The notes under the pieces are model-generated. The model was not told where the DNA came from. It did not search any database and saw only the letters and a list, made by a program, of their open reading frames with translations. Of a stretch of DNA of 64,000 bases, positions 28,635-37,288 are shown piece after piece. The position numbers were made by a program, and so were the translations under genes. Numbering within the stretch: the first letter of the stretch is position 1; every line of letters begins with the position of its first letter. Source of the stretch: Alphaproteobacteria bacterium (lineage in GTDB: Bacteria > Pseudomonadota > Alphaproteobacteria > MPNO01 > UBA2964); NCBI GenBank assembly GCA_012103315.1, contig WLWZ01000002.1, forward strand, positions 71,381-135,380, in the 5' to 3' direction.

Positions 28635-29666
28635 TTAGATACGGGTCGCCAGTCGGGCGTGGAGTTCCATAAGTTTTGGTATTTCACTTGGATCACCGCG
28701 ACCGAGACCACATTCAGTTGCAATGCCAAACTCTTTTAAATATGCCTTCGCTGATGCCACGCGTTCGAGATTTTGCTCAATTGTTTGATTCCCGTGAACT
28801 AAACCCAGAATGATCTCAGTATCACTTTCTGTGTCCAGGGATTGGAGCGGAGCAAAGTAGGAATCATCCGAGCGGTTTACCGGAACCGGCATATGGATAA
28901 AATTAATAGGCCTAGATATCTTCTCCCTCAACTCATTTGAAACGTTGACGCACATATCGAGAGAATCTGGTTCCTTCCAATGTTTGTTGTTCATGCTGCC
29001 ATAACACAAATGGAAGCCGAGCTCGATATCGACTTCCAGATGGTCACCAAGTCGAGCTAAACAATCGGTTAAGAATTCCCACTCTTCATCAATGTTAACG
29101 CTATACACGTTCTCAAAAATGCTCATTTCCGTCGCGACATCCCACTGAACAACCAATCGATCAGGTGGAATATTGCGTGAAATTTCATCTAGCTCGTTGA
29201 GTATCGCTGCCTCATAGACTGGTAGCACCTGTTGCTGGTCGGAGTAGGCCGTAAATGAGTAAACTGGCGCAAAGGGCGTTGGAATGGCGACCATGAATTT
29301 CGCTGTTTTTGGGAAGACCCCTGTTCGCTGCAATTCTGAAAATTTGCTAAATGATGAGATAGCTTCCCGCGCAAATCCCAAATTCGAAAAATCGAGATCT
29401 TCCACTCCGCAACCAGATGCAAATGTGAACGGCGGATGCAGCTGATAGTCTCTATCCTTATTTTGAGCTTGGACTAACGCCTCTTGATTCTTAAAAACTC
29501 CAAACTGCCAGGCAATCCAGTTTTTACGATCACCGGTTTCCCCGTCAGGAATTCGATGGCAACAGTTTACCAGTTTTGACGCGATCAAACTGAATACACT
29601 GTCGACGGACTCGAGTGGCAGGCTCCCGACCAAGTGAATAGGCGATCGCATTTCCTGGACCATCAA
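28635..29666 (-). CDS. UROD/MetE-like superfamily protein (cobalamin-independent methionine-synthase-like Zn site)
   Basis: GFHLCYG and ATECGLGRG segments resemble the His-x-Cys and Cys zinc ligands of the MetE catalytic domain. The gene is AT-rich (43% GC counted on line 28921-28980). Confidence 0.5.
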   Translation of the reverse strand: MMVQEMRSPIHLVGSLPLESVDSVFSLIASKLVNCCHRIPDGETGDRKNWIAWQFGVFKNQEALVQAQNKDRDYQLHPPFTFASGCGVEDLDFSNLGFAREAISSFSKFSELQRTGVFPKTAKFMVAIPTPFAPVYSFTAYSDQQQVLPVYEAAILNELDEISRNIPPDRLVVQWDVATEMSIFENVYSVNIDEEWEFLTDCLARLGDHLEVDIELGFHLCYGSMNNKHWKEPDSLDMCVNVSNELREKISRPINFIHMPVPVNRSDDSYFAPLQSLDTESDTEIILGLVHGNQTIEQNLERVASAKAYLKEFGIATECGLGRGDPSEIPKLMELHARLATRI

Positions 29667-29909
29667 AATTTCTTCCTACTGCTAGATTATTCCGAATTGT
29701 CGGTTTTTGGTTAGCGGTATCGCAATGCTTGCGCCGGCCGGAAAGCTTTGCAGCGGCGACAATTCGGGCATGCGGAAATTCTGCGACACCGGGCAGCACC
29801 ATAATCCTGGCGACACGACGTCATCCATATTGAGTCACCTGTGATGCAAAAAACAAACGGCCCGAGACAATTGTCCCGGACCGCTTATCAACTCAAATCA
29901 TAGAAGACA

Positions 29910-30989
29910 CTACTTCTTCTTTTTCTTCTTACGCGGGTTTTTCTTCTGGTAGGTCATGATATAGGCCTTCTCCACCAGCTCTTTCGGGGTCGCGTAGTAC
30001 TCGGCAAACCGCGCCTGCACCTCCTCGCCATTCATCGGCTGAAAAGTGGTTTTAATCCTCTTGCCATCCGCGATCATGTCGGGATCTTTCATGGTCTCAA
30101 TCATCGCCTTGCGCAGTGCTGCCAGGCGCGCCTTAGGAACACCTGGTGGTGCGACGAGCGGACGGGTAATTTCAGACGGGCCGAAAGTCAACTTCGCTAT
30201 TTTTTTAAGCTCGGGGTCCTTGATCATTGAGAATAAGTTGGTGGCATTGCCAAACAACTTCACATTGCGACCTTGGCCGACTTGAACGAACAGGTTCAAA
30301 TCACCGGAGTTAAAGCTGGATGCAAAGGCGCCGCGCACCGACGATTCATACATACCGCACGTTCCGTTAAGCTCACCGTTCTGCATGCCGAGATTGACGC
30401 CCTTGGTGCCGCGATAGCCATGCACGATTTTGACATTGGCGCCGAATGCGTTTTTCAGGAACAGCGGATAGGTCGCGAGCGACGATGTTACGCCACTTGA
30501 CCCAAAAATCAGCGGGCCTTTGGCCTTGATAAAGTCGGGCAGGGTTTTGATATTTTCCCCAGCACCCTTCCAGACACCGCACGCCATGACATCGCTGTGA
30601 ATACTGCCGATCCAGCTGAACTTCTGCGGGACGAATTTCACTTTCCGCTTTCCATAGAGCGGCACCATGACTACCGCTGGTGAAATCGTTGCAATGTAGG
30701 ACCCGTCCTTGGGCGAAATGTTGTAGACCCGGCTGGCAAGCTTCAGGCTACCGGCACCGGGCACATTCTGAACCACGACATTTGGATTGCCGGGAACGTA
30801 TTTGCGAAAATGGCGGGCAAATATCCGCGCGGTGGTATCATACCCGCCGCCAGCGCCGAACCCGACCCCAAGGGTGATCTGTTTACCCTTGTAGAAATCG
30901 GCAACAGCGTCAGCCTGCGCCGGACCGGCGCCGAATGCCGTTGCCACTACGGCGACAGCCGACAACAATTGTTTCGTTTTTATCATCAA
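29910..30989 (-). CDS. Bug/TctC-family tripartite tricarboxylate transporter substrate-binding protein with a C-terminal poly-Lys tail
   Basis: Signal peptide, then the GFGAGGGYDTTARIFA and NVPGAGSL motifs of the Bug family. Ends in KKNPRKKKKKK (29913-29945). Confidence 0.85.
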   Translation of the reverse strand: MMIKTKQLLSAVAVVATAFGAGPAQADAVADFYKGKQITLGVGFGAGGGYDTTARIFARHFRKYVPGNPNVVVQNVPGAGSLKLASRVYNISPKDGSYIATISPAVVMVPLYGKRKVKFVPQKFSWIGSIHSDVMACGVWKGAGENIKTLPDFIKAKGPLIFGSSGVTSSLATYPLFLKNAFGANVKIVHGYRGTKGVNLGMQNGELNGTCGMYESSVRGAFASSFNSGDLNLFVQVGQGRNVKLFGNATNLFSMIKDPELKKIAKLTFGPSEITRPLVAPPGVPKARLAALRKAMIETMKDPDMIADGKRIKTTFQPMNGEEVQARFAEYYATPKELVEKAYIMTYQKKNPRKKKKKK

Positions 30990-31031
30990 TATTTCTCCCT
31001 GTTTATAATTTTAATAATTTCAGTGTAACAC

Positions 31032-31436
31032 TTATTCCGGGTTTGTCTCAGCGTACGGGCCTTCCAAATTCTTGTTGGGTTTGAGAAAGATGGCGAGCAG
31101 CAAACAGCCGTTAGGCGACCAGGCCCGGTGTTGATTGCCAATCGGCCGCCAGACAAATTCGCCCGCCTTGCACTCACCTTCCTCGTCGCACAAGCTGCCG
31201 CTCAGCACGTAGGTCTGTTCGATATCGATATGTTCGTGAAACGGTAATTCGGCCCCCGGGGACCACTCGATCAACGCCGTTTTGAGACCCCTTTCAGTAT
31301 CTTCGACCAGAGTTTTCGAGCGAATGCCCTCGAAGCGGCTTTCTTCCCATGGCAAGGCTTCAACATCGACGTAGCGCGAGCTGAGTGCCGTGAGTGCTGC
31401 TTCATTTTTCAAATTTGGCGTATTCGCTACCATCAA
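31032..31436 (-). CDS. Cupin-domain protein (ChrR-like cupin)
   Basis: Single cupin motif (PGAELPFHEH.D.EQTYVLSG...). Confidence 0.7.
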   Translation of the reverse strand: MMVANTPNLKNEAALTALSSRYVDVEALPWEESRFEGIRSKTLVEDTERGLKTALIEWSPGAELPFHEHIDIEQTYVLSGSLCDEEGECKAGEFVWRPIGNQHRAWSPNGCLLLAIFLKPNKNLEGPYAETNPE

Positions 31437-31492
31437 TGTCTCCCGATCTCAGTTGATTAAAAGCGTACCGGCCCAGTGTATCGGCTGGTATC

Positions 31493-32182
31493 TCACATGA
31501 GTGCGTAGCCCTTTTCATAATGCAAATAGATACCGTCGAAATGGAACCAGCGCATTTGCGCACCCTCGCGAGCGTAGTGGATGCACATATCCTGCTGTTC
31601 CGTCGTTGTGCAGTGCTGCTCCAACAGCCGGTAGCCTTCATCGCCATGTTCGATATCGACCTCGGAATGCAGCCAGAAATGCTCAATGTCGGCTTCGTTG
31701 AACTTATAGATTTCGCGCAAGGCCGGTAGAATTTTGGAATAGAGCCGAGGTGACTGGGATTCGCTCGCCACCTTGGTCGCCGCAATGGCGGCATACCAAG
31801 GCTCGTTCACCGCAACATTATCGATCCACGCCACCCAGGACCGCGTCGAAGGCAGACCGCGCCCCGCTTTGGTCGTCGCAACGTCACCGCCATTGGCTGT
31901 CGCGAAACGCAGCATAATGTCGAGATGTGAATGTTCGGGATCGATTTCTTCGTCACGAGTCCCCATCTGGGCGTCGATCACATCGTTGGGGGCATGGGCG
32001 CAAATATAGAAGTCCTTGACCCGCATATTGCTGACCCAATGATATTGCTCAACCGCCCAGCCTTTCAGGCAATCCTTGCCGAGTTTGCCCTCGGCCCATG
32101 CCTCTGTCATTGGATGATCGGCGCAATGCTTATCATCAACCGCCGCTTCCAATGCTTTGCGAAACGCGCTTTTTGTTGCCAT
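31493..32182 (-). CDS. PqqC/TenA-like heme-oxygenase-fold (iron-containing redox enzyme) family protein
   Basis: N-terminal region HP....W..G.L.......W..E.YHW resembles PqqC-like proteins; about 229 aa. Confidence 0.6.
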   Translation of the reverse strand: MATKSAFRKALEAAVDDKHCADHPMTEAWAEGKLGKDCLKGWAVEQYHWVSNMRVKDFYICAHAPNDVIDAQMGTRDEEIDPEHSHLDIMLRFATANGGDVATTKAGRGLPSTRSWVAWIDNVAVNEPWYAAIAATKVASESQSPRLYSKILPALREIYKFNEADIEHFWLHSEVDIEHGDEGYRLLEQHCTTTEQQDMCIHYAREGAQMRWFHFDGIYLHYEKGYALM

Positions 32183-32357
32183 AGACGGCCTTCCTGTATC
32201 TGGACAAACCCTTCTTTGGGGTTTTCCCTAATTTTTTTAAGCTTAGAGCCGCGACGAGCAACCGGTCAAGCCAGGGAAGGTGTGCAGGTCTTGCGCTTGA
32301 CAGGATCAAGGGCAAACCAACAAGCTGGTAGCTTGGGAACGGTGAGGAGCCGGATTG

Positions 32358-33365
32358 ATGGCCAACAAAACTCCTGATGAATTTCACACGGCGATGGACG
32401 GGGCGAGCGTCAGCGCGCTTTGGGAACGTCCCAACGCCGATGCCACCCAGCCCGATGAAAAACCTTATCTGTGGCCCTGGGCTGAGCTTGGCCCCTTGCT
32501 CGATACAGCCGTGGCTGAAACCGATATGGATAATGCCGAACGCCGCGTTTTGGTATTGGAGAATCCTGCCTACAAAGACTCACCGCGCAGCGGTGCCACC
32601 CTCAATATGGTGGTCAATTTGCAAGTGCTGATGCCGGGTGAATCCGCCCGGCCGCATCGTCATCGGCTGAACGCGCTGCGCTTCATTATCGAAGGTGACG
32701 GCACCGCAGTGACAACCGTCGATGGTATTCCGTGCCCGATGGTTGCTGGTGACTTTGTGCTGACGCCCGGCTGGTGCTGGCATGAACATTCCCATGAGGG
32801 CAATAAGCGCGCCGTCTGGCTCGATGCGCTGGACGCACAGCTGCAACGGCATCTCTGCACCAATGAATTTGAGCCGGGGCCGTCAAACGATATGCCGCCA
32901 CCGCGTGGTGAAGATGCCTATGCCAGCGCCGGTATTACGCCGATCACACCAGATCACGACAAACCCTATTCGCCGATCTTTCGCTATCCGCTCGCCAAGG
33001 TAATCGACGCCTTTGAGAGTATGACCCCGGACCCCGATGGATCACGCCGCATCCGCTACACCAACCCAGTGACCGGCGGTCCGGCGATGCCTGGGGTTGA
33101 TTGTTATATGCTCGCCCCCACGACCAGCAATGACACGCGCAGCTATCGAACCAACGCCAATATGGTGTGCCTTGCGGTTGAGGGAGAAGGCTCGTCGCAG
33201 ATCGGCGATGAGACACTACAGTGGCGCAAGAATGATATCTTCGTGCTGCCGCGTCATCACTGGATCAGTCATCGTGCGCAGAGCGATGATGCAAAACTGT
33301 TCCAACTCACGGATCGCGAAGTGCTCTCGCGACTGGATTATCTGCGCGAAGAATTTCGGGATTAA
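32358..33365 (+). CDS. Bicupin dioxygenase, gentisate 1,2-dioxygenase-like
   Basis: Two cupin modules; the first has a PGESARPHRH...RFIIEG motif. ATG at 32358 with GAGGAG upstream (the track starts at TTG 32355). Confidence 0.7.
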   Translation: MANKTPDEFHTAMDGASVSALWERPNADATQPDEKPYLWPWAELGPLLDTAVAETDMDNAERRVLVLENPAYKDSPRSGATLNMVVNLQVLMPGESARPHRHRLNALRFIIEGDGTAVTTVDGIPCPMVAGDFVLTPGWCWHEHSHEGNKRAVWLDALDAQLQRHLCTNEFEPGPSNDMPPPRGEDAYASAGITPITPDHDKPYSPIFRYPLAKVIDAFESMTPDPDGSRRIRYTNPVTGGPAMPGVDCYMLAPTTSNDTRSYRTNANMVCLAVEGEGSSQIGDETLQWRKNDIFVLPRHHWISHRAQSDDAKLFQLTDREVLSRLDYLREEFRD

Positions 33366-33384
33366 CGAGCTGCACGTCCTACAA

Positions 33385-34752
33385 TTAAACGGCGTTCTCG
33401 GCTCTCGTAGACGTTCGTGCTGGCCAGGTTTCAACGGCAAGCCTGCTCATTGGCCGGCGCACCGAGGCCGGGGCAATCCCTGCTCGCAATGCACTGAGGA
33501 TACCCGCCGCTTCCCAGTAGTTCTCCGCCACGTAGAATTGCTTTTCACGCCACGGCAAGGCCGCTAACTCTTGCGCAATGAGACCGCTTCCTTCGCGTAC
33601 TGCGATAACCGTTATTCCCTGTTCCAGCGCCGCGAGCGTTGGCAAGCCAATACAGCCTTCCGGTATCACCATGCAGGAGACATCCTGGGCCGTCAGAACC
33701 CCGCTAGCCGTCATATTCTGTTCGTCACTGACAATGCGTGGCGACTGTTTGAGCCCCTTCAGGACACAGGTCAAAAAGGAAGAGGAGATCGCTTCCGCCG
33801 CCATCCGCGGATCCACTGTGCCAGGGTCTTCATTCAAAATAGCCCGCGACTCCATCATCGGGGCATGCGCCGACGGGATGTCAAAACAATGCGAGACTGC
33901 ATGGGTAAGCATTGCTTCAATGCCGCCCCAGGGATTAATCATCGCACCGTCGCTGCGGAAATACTGATCATGCATCCCCTGTGGCACGTTGATCAGCGAA
34001 GAAATTGCCAGCGCATCAATTTCGTCCGCCTTTTCTTCCAGCAAGGCGAATAGCGAGTCAAGGTGACGGCCCTCACCAATCGCCCGGCCCGACTTCGACG
34101 TCGTTGCCGTTAGTTCCAATGGGGGATTGAGACGAAACAAGCCAGAGCAATCGAGTCCATAGGTCGTGCGCGCCGCTTCGACGGTATTGAGAACCAGATT
34201 CTCGATCATCTCATCAGGCTGGATATCAAAGACAACCGCGAGGCGGTTTGCCTTGACCGACTCCAGACCAACTGTCCCCATCAATAATCTGCAGAGCACG
34301 CTGCCTTCAACATACTGAACATTAGACGGCAATTCATTGATGTCACTGGCATTCACGACATTTGGATGGGTGATCAACTGGTCACAACAGGACGCCAAAA
34401 GCTGTGCCGCCGGTGTTGCATCCCCGGCATGTCCACCAACCTCGGCACCAACGCCGGTAGGAACAATAAACACAGTATTAAAAGACCCGCTCGCAGTGCC
34501 TCGACGTTGTCGGTACGAGAAAATCGATTGATCGATTGAGCGGCTGCGAAGGTCATTGCCCACGAGACAACCGACTTCGCAGAGATATTTCCCGTCATCG
34601 ACACCCGCGATCACCAACCGAACGGGAATTTCATTGTCACTCAGCTGAAAGGACAGGGCCTTTTCGAGGTGCTCGATAAGCCCGTGATTCCCGGGGACCA
34701 ACGGAACTGAAAACTGTTTCTCAAGCAGGTGCAACTTCTGAACTCCCAACAT
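33385..34752 (-). CDS. Uncharacterised conserved protein with a 'PTGVGAEVGGHAGDA' motif (I recall this as DUF3326-like; unverified)
   Basis: Long ORF co-directional with, and overlapping, the 3' end of the decarboxylase gene. The start is uncertain (ATG 34752 or 34767). Gly-rich loop FIVPTGVGAEVGGHAGDATPAAQLLA...THPNVVNAS. Confidence 0.6.
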   Translation of the reverse strand: MLGVQKLHLLEKQFSVPLVPGNHGLIEHLEKALSFQLSDNEIPVRLVIAGVDDGKYLCEVGCLVGNDLRSRSIDQSIFSYRQRRGTASGSFNTVFIVPTGVGAEVGGHAGDATPAAQLLASCCDQLITHPNVVNASDINELPSNVQYVEGSVLCRLLMGTVGLESVKANRLAVVFDIQPDEMIENLVLNTVEAARTTYGLDCSGLFRLNPPLELTATTSKSGRAIGEGRHLDSLFALLEEKADEIDALAISSLINVPQGMHDQYFRSDGAMINPWGGIEAMLTHAVSHCFDIPSAHAPMMESRAILNEDPGTVDPRMAAEAISSSFLTCVLKGLKQSPRIVSDEQNMTASGVLTAQDVSCMVIPEGCIGLPTLAALEQGITVIAVREGSGLIAQELAALPWREKQFYVAENYWEAAGILSALRAGIAPASVRRPMSRLAVETWPARTSTRAENAV

Positions 34753-35878
34753 TCCTGGCAAACTCATCAAACCTATCAGCCCAAATCTTTGTAAGAGCGC
34801 CCGTGTCACCCCGCCTGTAGAGCGTTGGCAACGCCACACCATTAAACCTGTGGGCTTTCGAGGCAGAATACGCGCCCATGTTGGTGAAGGTCACCTGCGA
34901 CCCAATTGTCAGCGCGGTGTCGAACGAGTACTGGCCAAACGTATCCCCGGCCAAACAGGTACAGCCCGCCAGAACATAGCAATGAACCGCGTCATCGACG
35001 TGCCCTAGCACGTCTGGTTCAAACTGAAACTCCAACACTTCTGGCATGTGATTTACCGACGTATCCAATACCGCGATCTGACAATCCTCGCCTTCAAAAA
35101 TATCGTGAACCGTTGTCACGATGGTGCCGCATCGCCGAACCGCTGCTGCACCAGGTTCAATAAAAACCTGCAGACCAAACGCGTCGCGGAAGAGCGCGAC
35201 CGTTTCAAAAAATTCCGCGCTTTCTTCAATCGACTGGAAGAGATAGCCGCCACCAAGATTGATCCAGGAGATCGATTTCAACGCCTCAGGGATGACATCT
35301 CGAATATGGCGGGCGGTCGCCAACAGGCTGGCAAAATCTGTGCTTTCGCAATTGCTGTGGAAATGCAGCCCGTCAACGCCACGCAAAAATGCGCGATCCT
35401 CTGCCATCAATTCCGAGAGTCGGCTTATCGGAATACCCAACTTAGAATTTTCCCGGCAGGGGTCGTATCGCGGGTCGCGGATAAAGGACAGTTCGGGGTT
35501 GATCCGCAGACCAATGCTGGTCGAGCCTGACACTCGCTTGCGCAAACGCCGCCACTGCGAAACCGAATTAAAGGTCACATAGTTCAACCGATCACCAAAT
35601 TCACTGAGGGTGTTTTGGTCAATCAGCGGCGACACAAGATGCCGCGAGCACGCCTCACCACAACTCTCATCAACCAAACGCAATTCAAATAAAGAGCTGC
35701 AGGCGAAACCCTCTACAAACTCATTTATCGTAGAAAGTACCGGCGCGAGTGACGACGCTTTGGGCGAATAGAGCAATTTGCACGACGCCTGGTCGGCGAT
35801 CTGGCGCAGCAAACGCATATCTGTTTGCAAGACCTTTTCATTGATCACATAAGCCGGAGTGTCGAGCTCTTCTACCAA
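34721..35878 (-). CDS. Carboxynorspermidine decarboxylase-like PLP-dependent decarboxylase (NspC/CANSDC family, Orn/DAP/Arg decarboxylase fold)
   Basis: TPAYVINEKVL, PLP-Lys region (LLYSPKAS), GLHFHSNCE, NLGGGY and CLAGD motifs match my recollection of the CANSDC family. Confidence 0.75.
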   Translation of the reverse strand: MVEELDTPAYVINEKVLQTDMRLLRQIADQASCKLLYSPKASSLAPVLSTINEFVEGFACSSLFELRLVDESCGEACSRHLVSPLIDQNTLSEFGDRLNYVTFNSVSQWRRLRKRVSGSTSIGLRINPELSFIRDPRYDPCRENSKLGIPISRLSELMAEDRAFLRGVDGLHFHSNCESTDFASLLATARHIRDVIPEALKSISWINLGGGYLFQSIEESAEFFETVALFRDAFGLQVFIEPGAAAVRRCGTIVTTVHDIFEGEDCQIAVLDTSVNHMPEVLEFQFEPDVLGHVDDAVHCYVLAGCTCLAGDTFGQYSFDTALTIGSQVTFTNMGAYSASKAHRFNGVALPTLYRRGDTGALTKIWADRFDEFARNVGSSEVAPA

Positions 35879-36079
35879 CGCATCCCTCTCCTCAATTGAG
35901 CAAGCAACATGCCGCTACAGTATATTCCTACCCCCGCCTGTCAAAGACAACGAGGATACATTCTTGTTGCAGACGTCAGACTAAAACTTAAATAGCAAGC
36001 TTTGGAACGGTATAAGGCTTTAGAACGGTATAAGTAGGGCCTCTATTGCTACGTCACAATATGGATTAAATCTAATCAC

Positions 36080-36931
36080 ATGATTAGCAAACGAAGACGT
36101 CCGATTATCATAGTCACTTCGATTATATTGGGCGTCATATGTGCAGCACATATTTGGGATGCGCGATATCACTTTCGGATGGTGCCGTTGCCCTTGTGGG
36201 CATATGAAGCAATTTCTGAGGTGCTCGAAGAAAAAATTTTCACGCCGCCACCCACGAAATCTTTTACGAACAAGCTACCGCTATTCGATTTTGATACAAA
36301 ATTGGGTCGCGAAGAAGCGCTCGAATACGTTCGAAAATTAGTTCCAAATTTTGGGCCGCGCATGACCTATGAAAATCTCTCAATAGAGTCCTGGTTTTCA
36401 CGAATTCAGGTGAAGAACGGTTACTGTACTGATTTCTCAATCCTACTTATCTCGCTTGCCGCCAAAGCAGGATTACCTGCTAGAGAATGGATACTTTGGC
36501 ATGACAATCAGTGGAGCCTTGGGTCAGCGCATTCAATAGTGGAAATAAGACTAAGCAATGGCCATTGGATTGCCATGGACGGTCAACACGCCACTATTCT
36601 AACCTCCGCCAGCAAACCAATCTCCATGGCATATGCACTCAAGCTAGCATCCACAAATCAGCCAATAGAGACACGACGCTTAGCGATAGCGGACGAGGTT
36701 GGGCTCCCCAAAGCGGCCTCCACTAAATCTGCACTACAGCGCCTACCGGCTGGGGTTATGTTGAACCTTCACCTTGGATCATGGACAGGCACCAAACACT
36801 TGCCCGTTCTCGCCATACCGATCATTTATGGAGATTCGAAGATCGATTGGCGGATTTGGACGACCAAACTCGCCCTTTTACTGGGCTGCTTTGCTTTTGG
36901 CGTCGTTATTTTTGCAATCCGGCGTCGATAG
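36080..36931 (+). CDS. Membrane-anchored transglutaminase-like (Cys-His-Asp) domain protein
   Basis: N- and C-terminal TM helices flank a transglutaminase core: GYCTDFSILLISLAAKAGLPARE (Cys), SAHSIVEI (His), HWIAMD (Asp). AT-rich (38% GC counted on line 36081-36140). Confidence 0.7.
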   Translation: MISKRRRPIIIVTSIILGVICAAHIWDARYHFRMVPLPLWAYEAISEVLEEKIFTPPPTKSFTNKLPLFDFDTKLGREEALEYVRKLVPNFGPRMTYENLSIESWFSRIQVKNGYCTDFSILLISLAAKAGLPAREWILWHDNQWSLGSAHSIVEIRLSNGHWIAMDGQHATILTSASKPISMAYALKLASTNQPIETRRLAIADEVGLPKAASTKSALQRLPAGVMLNLHLGSWTGTKHLPVLAIPIIYGDSKIDWRIWTTKLALLLGCFAFGVVIFAIRRR

Positions 36932-37288
36932 AGCACGCCTCTCTATATCCAACGGGGTACGGAATAGCAGCACCGAAGCCGAACAAATGTCCCGGAAGTG
37001 CGGGGTTCATCACAATGGGGCTGTTCGTTGAACTATTCTACCAATGCGGCCCTTTCTTCAATCGCGGAAATAGAGGTATCAAAGTCACCAATTTTTCTTC
37101 CGAACATGATCAAATTTCAAAGAGTTTTCGGAGCAATTATTCTCGCTTCAGTCTCTGTCAATTTGACGTCCTCTTAAGAGGATCGGAAGTGCACGCTGCT
37201 TTGCTAATGTTATCCATGGTACAAAGTGTTGTATTGAAATTGATCTCGAGGGCAGCCGCGAGTTGTATAGTCGGAAGGGTAGTAGTTT

